Assembly: GCA_963822965.1 (NCBI GenBank)
Contig: CAWGJT010000008.1
Coordinates: forward strand, 102,829-166,828
DNA from: an uncultured delta proteobacterium
GTDB taxonomy: Bacteria; Myxococcota_A; UBA9160; UBA4427
Length of the DNA: 64,000 bases
Direction of reading: 5' to 3'
A program made the translations under genes and the position numbers. Below, one piece after another: positions 9,267 to 19,824 of this stretch. The notes beneath the pieces were generated by a model. It worked only from the letters and a program-made list of their open reading frames with translations. It was not told where the DNA came from and searched no databases. The first letter of the stretch is position 1. Each line of letters begins with the position of its first letter.

Positions 9267-12200
9267 GTGGGCCTGCGTTCCCGGCGATCGTCCGCCGAGG
9301 CCCTGGGCATCGCCCCGCAGGCGCTCGCCGGCTGGCTGGACGCATGGGTCCCCTGGCGGTGGTCGACCTGGAGACCACCGGGCTCTCCGACGATCGCAAC
9401 GCCGAGATCGTCGAGGTCGGGCGTCGTGCTGCTCGACCCGGGCAGCGAATCGGTCCGCACCGTCGACGGCCTGCTGCGCCCTTCGCGGCCGGTCCCCCTG
9501 GTGGTCCAGCGCCTGACCGGCCTGCGGGACGCGGACCTGGTCGCGCGCGCCGCGCATCGGCGAGGTGGCGCGCGAGCTCTGCGGGCGTGCTGGCGGGACG
9601 CTGCCTGATCGCCCACAACGCGGCCTTCGAGCGTCACTTCCTCTCGACGTTCGTGGACCGCGTCCTCGCCGAGGCGCGCTACCTGGACACCCAGGACCTG
9701 CTCTCGCTCACCCATCCCGACGCGCCGGACCTGCGGCTCGAGTCGTTCACCCGCATGCTGCTCGGCCGGGAGGAGCGCCACCGCGCCCTCGACGACGCGC
9801 TGGACACGGCGCGCGTCATCGCCCGGGTGGGTCTCGGCGCCCTGGCCGGCGAGCGGCGCTACGCGGTGGCCCGCCGCTGCCTCGAGCGCTTCGCTCCGGG
9901 CTCGCCGTGGCTGCCGCTGGTGGCGGAGCGCCGGCGGCTTCGCGCCGGTCGCCGCGGCGCCCGCTCCGGGCGTCCGCGCGGCGGCTTCGCCCGGCCGCAC
10001 CCCTTCCTTCTCTCCCGACCGCGATGAGCCCAACCGCGACTCTCCCGACCGCGATGAGCCCAACCGCGACTCTCCCGACCGCGATGAGCCCAACCGCGAC
10101 TCTCCCGACCGCGACTCTCCCGACCGCGACTCTCCCGACCGCGATGAGCCCGACCGCGACGAGACCGACGATCCCTTCGAGTTCATCGAGATCGGCGAGA
10201 GCGCCGAGACGCCCGTGCCCTTCGACGAGGACGCCATCGCCGCGGCACTCGCGGACGTCGAGCGCGGCCGCCGCCATCTGCCGGGCTATCGCGTCCGGCA
10301 GGAGCAGATCGAGCTCGCGCGGCACTTCGTCCGCAACCTGTCCCGGGGCGGCACGCTGCTGCTCGAAGGCGGGACCGGGGTGGGGAAGTCCTTCGCGTAC
10401 CTGGCCGCGGCGATCCCCTTCGTGCTCGGACGGTCCGCGCCTGCCGGCGGCGAGTCGGCCGGCGTCCGGCGCGATCCCCTGGTCGTGTCGACCCGCACGA
10501 AGCTCCTGCAGGACCAGCTGCTGCGGAAGGACATCGCGGCCGCCGCGCGCTTCCTGGGCTACCCGCAGCTGCGCGCCCTCTCGATCAAGGGCCGCGCGAA
10601 CTACCTGTGCGAGCGGCGGCTCCGGGACGTGCTCGCGGCGGGCGCCGACGCCGGGCTGCTCGCCGAGGACCGTCTCGCGTGCGCGGTGCTGCTGGCGTGC
10701 GCGAGGACGCGGCCCCACGGCGAGGTCGGCACCCTGCCGGGCGCCTTCTTCTTCCGCCAGCCCATGCTGCGGGACATGCTGCGGCGCTCCGTGGCGGTCC
10801 GGTCGGAGCAGTGCTCGCGCGGGACGAGTGCGCGCGCGAGCGCGAGTGTCCCTTCGGTCGCCGGCGCGCCGCACTGGCGCGCGCCCACCTCATCGTCGCG
10901 AATCACGACCTGCTGCTGCGCTGGCCGCCCGACTACCCGCGCCTGCGCGAACGTCGTCATCGACGAGGGGCACGAGCTGGCCGGCGTGGCCGACGAGGTG
11001 TACGCGACGACGGTGCGTCCCCAGGATCTGCTCGAGCAGGTCGACGAGCTGTTCCCGACAGCGGGCTCGCGGCGCGCGGGCCGGCGTGGCCCGGCGCGCG
11101 GGGGACCGGCTCGCCGCGATTCCCAGTCCGCCGGCTGGCGCCGGGACCTGCGCCAGGACCTCGCGTCGCTCGGCCGACTGCTGGCGGACCATGCGGGCGA
11201 GTACGGCGAGGTGGAGCTTCCCGTGGCGGCGGGTGAGCTGTTTCCCGGACGCAGCAGAGCTCGCGTGCCGCGCGGCCGACCGCCTGCTCGAGATCGCCGG
11301 CGCCGCGGAGCGTGCGGAGCGCGAACGCGTTCTCGAATCCGCCGACCCCTCAGAGCCTCCCGCATCGCCGCAGCCGAGCGAGGTCGAACGGACGGCGGGG
11401 GAGCTCCGCCAGTCCGCCGCGGCCCTGCGCCTCGCCTTCGAGGACGAGTCCGCCGACGTGGTGGGCAGCTTCGAGGATCTCGAGCACCCCTACGACCGCT
11501 GGACCCTGGCGATCCGCGCCGTCTCGCCTGCGGAGCCCTTCCACGAGGGCTTCCTCTTCCGGCTCGATTCGGTCGCCGTGCTGTCGGCGAGCCTGTTCGT
11601 CGGAGGCGACGCCTTCGCGGCGCTGGGCGAGCTCGAGATCGAGGAGCGGGCACCGGATGGCGTCACCCGGGTGTCGGTCCAGAGCCCCTTCCCCTACCCG
11701 GATCACATGCGGATCGTCGCGCTCGAGGGCGGCTACGACCTGGTCGAGCAGACGGCGGTGGTGCTCGCGGAGATCGCGCGTCGCCTCGGCGGTCGGACCC
11801 TGGGCCTCTTCACCAGCCTGCGCCGCATGAACCAGGTGGCCCAGCGGCTCTCCCAGCTGCTGCAGGGAGAGGGCATCGAGATCCTGACCCCGCGCCGGGC
11901 CACGGACGATCCGGGCGCGCTGGTGGATCGCTTCGCGCGCGCCCGCGGCGGCGCGGTGCTGCTGGGCGCCCGGACGTTCTGGCAGGGGCTCGACATCCCC
12001 GGTGACGCCCTCCAGGCGGTGGTCATCGAGAAGCTTCCGTTCGACGTTCCCACCGAGCTGCGCCGCCGGCGCGAGCGCGCATCCGCGGCGAGGGGTTCGA
12101 CGCCTTCGATCGCTTCACCCTGGGCAAGATGCTGCTCCACCTGAAGCAGATGACGGGTCGCCTGATCCGCAGCGAGGACGACCGCGGAATCGTGGTGATC

Positions 12201-12368
12201 GTGGAGGGGCGTACCCAGCGCCCCTACTTCTCGAAGCTCGACCGGGCCCTGCCCGGCGGCGTCGACGTGCGGGTGGTGCCGTTCGGCGATTGTGGTGAAA
12301 AGCTACCGCTCATCCTGAAGGAGATCGGGCTGGGACGCGGCGAACGCGATCCGGTTGACTCGTTGTGA
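9267..12368 (+). CDS. DnaQ-like 3'-5' exonuclease fused to a DinG/YoaA-family helicase (frameshifted; start approximate)
   Basis: DLETTG, AHNAAFE, HRALDDA exonuclease motifs; EGGTGVGKS, KGRANYLC, ANHDLL, IDEGH, LFTS, FWQGLDIPG, KLPF, QMTGRLIRSEDDRG. Confidence 0.85.
10011..10160 (+). repeat. coding tandem repeat, ten 15-bp units
   Basis: (TCTCCCGACCGCGATGAGCCCAACCGCGAC)x3, (TCTCCCGACCGCGAC)x2, then one more 30-bp unit; encodes [S/E]P[D/N]RD x10 in the helicase frame. Confidence 0.95.
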
Positions 12369-12388
12369 CCGTTGGTCATACTTGCCGC

Positions 12389-12420
12389 TCGCACCCGGCT
12401 CGTCCGGGCGCGACGGTTTT
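12389..12420 (+). terminator. possible terminator after the DinG gene
   Basis: 10-bp stem TCGCACCCGG/CCGGGCGCGA (1 mismatch) followed by CGGTTTT. Confidence 0.4.
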
Positions 12421-12738
12421 ACAGTAAATTCGCAAACGACCCCCTGCAGCATCGACTCGCAGACGAATCAACGGGTTTCGTCTGCAATGCAAGCCGACCT
12501 GGCTTGGGTCGGCCTGCTAGCCTCCCCCCGCGCGCGGCCCGTGGTGGCTCGCGAACATGGCATCTGGCCACGCGGCCGCCTCTCTCCCTGCGGGGTCGTG
12601 AGCCGCTCGAAGGCGAGAGCCTCGAAGGCGCCGGGGCGCCGGGGTGCCGGGGAAAAGGCGACGAGAGGCGACAACAGGCGGCGAGGCAAGGCTACGGCAA
12701 GGCCACGACGGAAGTGGCTTCGACGGGAGGAGCAGCCA

Positions 12739-13687
12739 GTGGCGCGTGATTTCCCCAACGACAGCTGGGCGCTGATCCTCGGCGGCTCGAGCGGCTTCGG
12801 GCTGGCGACGGCCCAGAAGCTCGCCGAGAACGGCATGAACCTGCTGATCGTCCACCGCGATCGGCGCGGCGCCATGAGGAACATCGAGCCGGAGTTCGAG
12901 AAGCTGCGCGGGCTCGGACCGAGGCTCGAGACCTGGAACACCGACGCCATCAGCCCCGAGAAGCGGGACGAGGTGCTCGAAGAGATCGCCGGGCGTTCGG
13001 GGACCGCCGGACGCGTCCGCGTGCTCCTCCATTCGATCGCGTTCGGCAACCTGAAGCTGATCGCTCCCGAGAAGACGGCGCCACGCACCGCCAGCACCAG
13101 CCTCGCCGAACGCCTCGGCGTCGATCCGCGAGGCCGTCGCCGGCGCCGCCGACGCGCTGTTCGCCGAAGGCGAGGACGGCATGCACACCGCTCACCCATG
13201 CGCCCGAGTACCCGGATCGCTTCCTCGACGAGGAGGACTTCGCCCGCACCATCCTCAGCATGGGGACGAGCCTGCTCGGCTGGACCCAGGGCCTCTTCCA
13301 GCGCGGCCTGTTCGCCGACGACGCGCGGATCTTCGGGCTCACCAGCGAAGGCAACGAGGTGGCCTGGAAGGGCTACGCGGCGGTCTCCGCCGCCAAGGTG
13401 GCGCTCGAAGCGCTCAGCCGCTCGATCGCCATCGAGTTCGCCCCCTACGGCATCCGCTGCAACGTGATCCAGGCCGGCGTGACCGAGACGCCCGCCCTGG
13501 CGGCCATCCCCGGCAGCGACCAGCTGAAGGCCCAGGCGCGCCTGCGAAATCCCGTGCGGTCGGCTCACGACGCCCGCGGACGTGGCCAACGTGATCTACC
13601 TGCTGTCGCTCCCGCGAGGCCGCCTGGATCAACGGCGAGGTGATCCGCGTGGACGGCGGCGAGCACATCTCGGGGGCCACCCGATGA
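12739..13687 (+). CDS. SDR-family enoyl-ACP reductase (FabL/FabI-like), frameshifted
   Basis: ALILGGSSGFG, LLHSIAFG, Y-x6-K (YAAVSAAK), GVTETPAL, INGEVIRVDGG. Confidence 0.85.
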
Positions 13688-14724
13688 GCCGAGGCACGCC
13701 TTCCCCACCTGCAGCTCCACGCGCCTGGGTCACGCCCACCCGGACAACGAGATCGACAACAAGTTCCTCGAGTCCCTCGACATCGGCACCTCCGACGAGT
13801 GGATCATGGAGCGGGTGGGCATCCGCTCGCGGCGCACGGCGATGTCCGCTCGACTACATCCGCGAGACGCGCAACGCGGATCCGCGCGGCGCGATGGAGG
13901 CCGTCGTACATCTCCAACGCGCAGCTCGGTGCGCAAGGCCGCCCGCATGGCGGTCGAGCGGGCGGGCATCGCCCTCGAGGACGTCGGCATGGTGGTCGGG
14001 CGGCGGCTGCGCGCCCGACACGGTCTCGCCCGCCGAGGCCTGCAACATCTCGAAGGAGCTCGGCATCGACGTGCCGTCCTTCGACGTGAACTCCGCCTGC
14101 ACGAGCTTCTTCGCGGGCATGAACGTGCTTTCGATGATCCGGCCCGAGAAGCTCCCGCCCTACGTGCTGCTGATCGCGGCCGACGTCATGACGCGCACCG
14201 TCGAACTACAACGACCGCTCGTCGGCGGTGCTGTGGGGCGACGGGGCCGTGGCGGCGGTGGTCTCCACGCGGGAGCCCGGCCGCCGCCGAGGTGATCGAC
14301 TGCTTGTTCGCGGGCAATCCCCTGGCCGCCGACCTGATCGTGGTGCCGCGCCTCGGGCACTTCTACCAGGAGGGTCGCAAGGTGCAGATGTTCGCGATCA
14401 AGAAGACGACGACCTTCGTGAAGGAGCTGCAGGAGAAGTACGAGGAGCCCGGCCGCGCCTTCCACTTCATCGGTCACCAGGCCAACCTGCGCATGCTCGA
14501 GACCGTCTGCCGCCGCTGCGAGATCCCCGACGATCGCCACCACTTCAACGTCGACTGGTACGGCAACAGCGGCTCGTCGAGCTCGGCGGCGGTCGCCTCG
14601 ATGATCTGGGAGAAGTGGGGCGCAGGCGACGACATCGCGCATGGTGGGCGTCGGCTCGGGCGTCGCCTGGTCGCGCTACCTGCTCCGCTTCACCGGAGAT
14701 CCCGCGAAGGGAGCTTCCGCGTGA
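13684..14724 (+). CDS. fabH: 3-oxoacyl-ACP synthase III (FabH-like), frameshifted
   Basis: GTSDEWIMERVGIRSRR, DVNSACTSF (Cys), LWGDGA, GHQANLRM (His), YGNSGS (Asn). Confidence 0.85.
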
Positions 14725-15326
14725 AGCGCAAGCTCAGCTACGAGCAGTTCCTCGGTCGCGGGCACTTCGACAAGGCGGAGCTGCTGGCGTTCGCGTACGG
14801 CACCCTCGTCGAAGACGCGCCCGAGGCACTTCGTGGCGCGGCTCCCGACACCGCCCATGCTGATGGTCGATCGGGTGCTGGAGATCACCGCGCGACAAGA
14901 GCCGCGGTCGCATCGTCGCCGAGCGCGACGTGCAACCTCGACGACTGGTTCTTCCAGTGCCACTTCGTGAGCGACCCGGTGCAGCCGGGCTGTCTCGGCC
15001 TCGACGGGGTGTGGCAGCTCCTCGGCTTCTACTGCAACTGGCGCGGCGGTCTCGGCACCGGTCGCGCGCTCGGCTGCGGCGAGGTGGACTTCTTCGGACA
15101 GATCCGTCCGCACGACACGGTGGTGCGCTACGAGATCGACGTGCGCCGCTACACGGAGATCAAGAACGCGGGTGCCTGCATGGTGATCGGCGACGCGCGG
15201 GTTCTCGTGGACGGCGAGGAGATCTACAAGATCGCGGGGGGTCGAGTCGGTCTGTTCCGCGACATCGGCTATCCCGACTACCCCGTGGAATCGGGGAACT
15301 CCCACGGCGGCAGGATGGAACGATGA
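14721..15326 (+). CDS. fabA: 3-hydroxydecanoyl-ACP dehydratase/isomerase, frameshifted
   Basis: LPTPPMLMVDRV, WFFQCHFVSDPVQPGCLGLDGVWQLLGF (His/Asp dyad), GRALGCGEVDFFGQI. Confidence 0.9.
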   Translation: MKRKLSYEQFLGRGHFDKAELLAFAYGTLVEDAPEALRGAAPDTAHADGRSGAGDHRATRAAVASSPSATCNLDDWFFQCHFVSDPVQPGCLGLDGVWQLLGFYCNWRGGLGTGRALGCGEVDFFGQIRPHDTVVRYEIDVRRYTEIKNAGACMVIGDARVLVDGEEIYKIAGGRVGLFRDIGYPDYPVESGNSHGGRMER

Positions 15327-16057
15327 GCGAATCGCCGAACGTGGCCCTGGTGACCGGCGGAGGCACCGGGATCGGTGCGGCGTGCTGCCGCGCCCTCGCC
15401 GACGAAGGCTTCCGGGTGGGCGTCCACTACCGCTCCAGCGAGGAGAAGGCGCTGAAGCTCGTGGCCGAGCTGCCGGGCAGCTTCGCGATCCGGGGCGACC
15501 TGGCGAAGCCCGAAGAGGTGGACGCCCTCGTCAAGCAGCTGAAGGACGAGGCCGACGGCCGGGTGGACGTGCTCGTCAACAACGCGGGCTACAACGTCAA
15601 CGCGCCCATGCTCACGATGAAGCTCGACGACTACGACGCCGTGGCGAACCTGGCGCGCGGCACGTGGTATCTGACGAAGATGATCGTGCGGCGCTTCATG
15701 TTCCGGAAGGGAAGCGGCCGCATCATCAACATCTCGAGCGTGGTCGGGCACACCGGCAATCCCGGCCAGATCCCCTACACCATGGCGAAGGCCGGGCTCG
15801 ACGCCTTCACCAAGTCGCTCGCCCAGGAGCTGGCCGGCAAGGAGATCCTCGTGAACTCGGTGTCGCCGGGCTTCATCGACACCGAGATGACCGAGGAGCT
15901 GCCCGACGAGGTGAAGGCCGCGATCCTGTCGCGCATCCCCCAGGGCCGCATGGGAACGGCGGCCGAGGTCGCCGACGTGGTGGCCTTCCTGGCGACACGG
16001 GGGCACTACGTGAACGGCAGCGTCGTCCACGTGAACGGAGGCATGTACGGTGGCTAG
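15323..16057 (+). CDS. fabG: 3-oxoacyl-ACP reductase
   Basis: ALVTGGGTGIG, VNNAG, NISSVVG, YTMAK, PGFIDTEMT, VHVNGGMY. Confidence 0.9.
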   Translation: MSESPNVALVTGGGTGIGAACCRALADEGFRVGVHYRSSEEKALKLVAELPGSFAIRGDLAKPEEVDALVKQLKDEADGRVDVLVNNAGYNVNAPMLTMKLDDYDAVANLARGTWYLTKMIVRRFMFRKGSGRIINISSVVGHTGNPGQIPYTMAKAGLDAFTKSLAQELAGKEILVNSVSPGFIDTEMTEELPDEVKAAILSRIPQGRMGTAAEVADVVAFLATRGHYVNGSVVHVNGGMYGG

Positions 16058-16511
16058 CGCGTCCATGTCACCCGACGAGGTGCTCGCGCGGATTCCGCAG
16101 CAGGAGCCCTTCCGCTTCATCGACGAGATCCACGAGCTCGACAACGAGCACATCGTGGCGAGCTACCGCTATCCCGAGAGCTCGGACTTCTACCGCGGCC
16201 ACTTCCCGGGCAATCCGATCACGCCCGGCGTCATCCTGATCGAGACGATGGCCCAGGCGGGGGTGGTGGCCCTGGGGCTCTATCTGTGCGCCCTGGAACG
16301 CTCGCCCGAAGAGCTCGAGAAGATCGTCACCGTCTTCACCGACGCGAACGTCGAGTTCTCGGGCACGGTGCCGCCGGGTGCCCGCGTGACGACGGTGGGC
16401 CGCAAGGTCTTCTTCCGGCGGCGCAAGCTGCGCTCGTCGGTGGAGATGAGGCTCGACGACGGCACGCTCGTCTGTTCGGGCGTGCTCTCGGGCATGGGAG
16501 TACCTGCATGA
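16050..16511 (+). CDS. fabZ: 3-hydroxyacyl-ACP dehydratase FabZ family
   Basis: IPQQEPFRFIDEI, GHFPGNPITPGVILIETMAQ (His/Glu dyad). Confidence 0.85.
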   Translation: MASASMSPDEVLARIPQQEPFRFIDEIHELDNEHIVASYRYPESSDFYRGHFPGNPITPGVILIETMAQAGVVALGLYLCALERSPEELEKIVTVFTDANVEFSGTVPPGARVTTVGRKVFFRRRKLRSSVEMRLDDGTLVCSGVLSGMGVPA

Positions 16512-17787
16512 CTCGACGGGTCGTGGTCACCGGGCTGGGCGTCATCGCCCCGAACGGCAACGGCGTGCGCGACTTCGAGCTGGCGCTCCGAAAGGGGCAG
16601 TCGGGCATCCGCTACCAGGAGGTCATGGAGCAGGCGAGCTTCGCCTGCCGGGTGGCGGGCGTGCCCCAGGGCGTCGACGAGCTGGCGGAGGCCGCCTTCC
16701 CCGCAGACCTGCTGATGGCCATGAACATGAGCCATCGCTACGCGTCCCTCGCCGCCCTCGAGGCCTGGCAGGACGCGGGCTTCGAGATGCCGAGCCCCGA
16801 GGACGACCGGGTCGACTGGGATACGGGCGCCGTCGTCGGAACCGGGATCGGCGGCATGGACACGACGGCCGCCAAGGTCGTGCCGCTCACCGACGCCGGA
16901 AAGCTCCGGCGCCTGGGGTCGACGGCGGTCGAGCAGGTGATGGCGAGCGGCGTCTCGGCGCGCGTCTCGGGCCTGTTCGCCCTCGGCAACCAGGTGACCA
17001 CCAACTCGAGCGCCTGCAGCACCGGCGCCGAGGCCATCGCCATGGGCTACGAGCGCATCCGCCACGGGCTGGCGGAGCGCATGCTGTGCGGCGGCGCGGA
17101 GGCGGCCAGCCACTACATCTGGGCCGGCTTCGACGCCATGCGCGTGCTGTGCCGCAGCTTCAACGACGAGCCCGAGAAGGCCTCGCGCCCGCTGTCGGCC
17201 ACGGCCGGGGGCTTCGTGCCCGGCGCCGGCGCGGGCATCCTGCTGCTCGAGACCCTCGAGAGCGCCGAGGCCCGGGGCGCCGAGATCTACGCCGAGGTGC
17301 TCGGGGTGGGCCTCAACTGCGGCGGCCATCGGGGCGGCGGCAGCATGACGGCGCCCAATCCCGAGAGCGTGCGCCGCTGCATCGGCCTGGCGCTGGCCGC
17401 CGCGGGCCTCGACCCGAGCGAGGTGGACGCCATCAACGGCCACCTGACCGCCACCGGCGCCGACCCCTCGGAGGTGGCCTCCTGGGCCCGGGCGCTCGAC
17501 CGCGAGCCCGGCCGACATGCCGACCATCACGGCCACCAAGGGGATGGTGGGCCATACCCTCGGGGCGGCCGGCGCGGTGGAGTCGGTGGCGACGATCCTG
17601 ATGCTTCGGGGGGGCTTCCTGCACCCCTGCGTCAACTGCGAGGACGTGCACCCGGAGATCGAGCCCTACGCGGGCTCGATCCCGCACACGCGTGCAGGAG
17701 GTGCCGGACCTGAAGGTCATGCTCAAGGCGGGATTCGGCTTCGGCGACGTGAACGCCTGCCTGGCCTTCCGCAAGTGGGAGGGTTGA
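16508..17787 (+). CDS. beta-ketoacyl-ACP synthase (FabF/FabB family), frameshifted near the 3' end
   Basis: RRVVVTGLGVIAP, SSACSTG, SRPLS, INGHLTAT, KGMVGHTLGAAG, GFGFGDVN. Confidence 0.9.
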
Positions 17788-18028
17788 CCGCGCCCTCCTG
17801 CCCCGGCGATGCGACCCGATGACGCCCGGCAATGGCGCCGCGGGGGACGCCCCGAGACCTGCTCCTCGCGTCGGGCTAGCATCGGCGGGCGAGAGCGCCG
17901 CGCCACGGGGGCGCGGACGAGCGACGCGAGCGGACCGGGCGCCCGGAGCCGGGGGGGTGGCGCCGGACGCGGCGGTCACGACACCGCAGAACGATCCGGC
18001 CCGGTAGACGGACGAAGGGAGAAGCAAG

Positions 18029-18277
18029 ATGGAGCAGCGCGAGGTTTTCGAGCGCGTCGTGAAGATTCTCACCCCGTGGGTGAAGGACGACGAGGCGCTG
18101 AAGTCCGTATCGATGGAGACGAGCATCCTCGACGATCTCAAGGTCAACTCGGCCCGGCTGGTGGACGTCGTGATCGCCTTCGAGGACGACTTCGACATCG
18201 AGATCGCCGACGACGACGTCGACTCGGTGAATACCGTCGGGGATGCGGTCAACCTCATCCTCGAGAAGCTCGGATAG
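18029..18277 (+). CDS. acyl carrier protein
   Basis: 82 aa, acidic; DDLKVNSARLVDVVIAFEDDFDIEI with the pantetheine Ser; TVGDAV. Confidence 0.92.
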   Translation: MEQREVFERVVKILTPWVKDDEALKSVSMETSILDDLKVNSARLVDVVIAFEDDFDIEIADDDVDSVNTVGDAVNLILEKLG

Positions 18278-18279
18278 CC

Positions 18280-18360
18280 GGCTTCGGTCTCCTTGCTCGG
18301 ACAGGCTTCGGTCTCCTTGCTCGCGCAGGCTTCGGTCTCGTTGCACGGACGAGCTTCGGC
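18280..18360. repeat. intergenic 24-bp tandem repeat, ~3.3 copies
   Basis: GGCTTCGGTCTCCTTGCTCGGACA / GGCTTCGGTCTCCTTGCTCGCGCA / GGCTTCGGTCTCGTTGCACGGACG / AGCTTCGGC. Confidence 0.9.
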
Positions 18361-18440
18361 CGCCCTGCAGAGGCGCGCTGCGGCCGTCGCGCCGACGCTG
18401 CGGTGCTGGCCCGGGCCTTGAGAGCCTGAGGGGTTCGCGG

Positions 18441-19193
18441 ATGGATGGACCTCGGCGATTGCCCGTGTCGCACGTCGTGCAGCGAGAGGTCGGTCGGCTG
18501 CTGGCGCCGTTCTGGGCGCCGCTGGTGGCGCTCGTGATGCGCTTCGGCATGGGCTACCGGATCGCCGACGTCCAGCGGACCCGGGAGCGCTTCGCGCACA
18601 TCCGCCGCGAGTCCCGGGCTTCGAAGACGCCGCTGCTCGTCTGCGCCAACCACCTCACGATGATCGACTCGTTCCTGGTGGCGTGGGCGCTGGCGAACAC
18701 CTGGCACTACGCGATGCACTACGACGACCTCCCCTGGAACGTGCCCGAGCGGAAGAACTTCGCGTCGAACTGGTGGGAGAGCTTCTCGGCCTGGGTCATG
18801 AAGTGCATCCCCATCACCCGGGGCGGCCCGCGGGCCGAGGTGGCCGCGGTGCTCGACCGCATCACCAGCCTCACGGCGCGGGGCGAGCTGGCGCTGATCT
18901 TTCCCGAAGGCGGCCGCAGCCGCACCGGCCGAGTCGAGGTCGACCAGGCGGCCTGGGGGGTGGGGCGGATCGTCGGCGCCCTGCCGGGCTGCCGCGTCCT
19001 GTGCGTGTATCTGCGGGGACGCAAGCAGGACACCTGGAGCCGGGTGCCGGCCCGGGGCGACGTGCTCGACGTGGAGATCGAGTGCATCGAGCCGAAGTCC
19101 GATGCGCGCGGGGTGCGTCGCTCGCGCGACTTCTCCCGCCAGATCGTGGCGCAGCTCGCGAGCATGGAGAGGAAGCACTTCCATGGTCGGTAA
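18441..19193 (+). CDS. PlsC-like (lysophospholipid) acyltransferase
   Basis: ANHLTMID (HxxxxD) and IFPEGGRSRTG motifs. Confidence 0.88.
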   Translation: MDGPRRLPVSHVVQREVGRLLAPFWAPLVALVMRFGMGYRIADVQRTRERFAHIRRESRASKTPLLVCANHLTMIDSFLVAWALANTWHYAMHYDDLPWNVPERKNFASNWWESFSAWVMKCIPITRGGPRAEVAAVLDRITSLTARGELALIFPEGGRSRTGRVEVDQAAWGVGRIVGALPGCRVLCVYLRGRKQDTWSRVPARGDVLDVEIECIEPKSDARGVRRSRDFSRQIVAQLASMERKHFHGR

Positions 19194-19824
19194 CGACGTC
19201 GTCGATCTGCGAGACCCCGATTCGGCGCCCCGGTCGAGCTCCGACCGCTTCGACGCGCGCGTGTTCTGCGAGGAGGAGCTGGACGCTCTCGCCGCCAGCG
19301 CCTGCCGCGCCCGGCTCCGCTGGCGGCTGTGGGCGGCGAAGGAGGCGGCCTACAAGGTGTGCGTCAAGCTCGATCCGACGATCGTCTTCTCGCCGTCGCA
19401 CTTCCGGGTCCGTCTCCCGGAGGGCGCCGGCGCGGGCAGCGTCGAGACCCCGAACGGCGGGCTCCCGCTTCTCGTGCGGGAGGGAGACGGGTGGCTGCAC
19501 GCCGTTGCGACGGCCGCGCCCCCCGGCGAGGTCGTCTTCGACGTCGAGCGGCTCCCGGCGGGCGGTGGTGCGGACGATCCGAGCGCGTCCGTGCGACGCC
19601 TCGCGCGGCGCGTCCTGGCGCGCGGGCTGGGCGTCGCCCCGGAGGTGCTCGAGATCCGCAAGCGGGGCCGGCTGCCCGTGCTCTGGCGGTCCGGCGCGCC
19701 GGCTCCGGGCGATCTGTCGCTCTCGCACCACGGCGGCGTGGTCGCCTTCGCGTACGAGCCGTCCCTTCGCCGCGCTGTGCCCGTCCGATGCGCGCAGGCC
19801 CTCGCGTCGGGGAGCCCCGGGTGA
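19183..19824 (+). CDS. 4'-phosphopantetheinyl transferase
   Basis: VGNDVVD, WAAKEAAYK, LSLSH. Confidence 0.88.
   Translation: MVGNDVVDLRDPDSAPRSSSDRFDARVFCEEELDALAASACRARLRWRLWAAKEAAYKVCVKLDPTIVFSPSHFRVRLPEGAGAGSVETPNGGLPLLVREGDGWLHAVATAAPPGEVVFDVERLPAGGGADDPSASVRRLARRVLARGLGVAPEVLEIRKRGRLPVLWRSGAPAPGDLSLSHHGGVVAFAYEPSLRRAVPVRCAQALASGSPG

Noticed and set aside
10011..10160. Repeat as a CRISPR array
   Set aside because: The units are contiguous with no unique spacers, the repeat is in-frame coding, and there are no cas genes.
17819..18007. 62-aa ORF between the ketosynthase and acp as a leader or precursor peptide
   Set aside because: Low-complexity Ala/Gly/Pro/Arg translation, no clear RBS and no modifying enzymes nearby.
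18280..18360. 24-bp repeat as a mini-CRISPR or cloning scar (contains GGTCTC)
   Set aside because: There are no spacers, the copies are degenerate, and there is no vector sequence.
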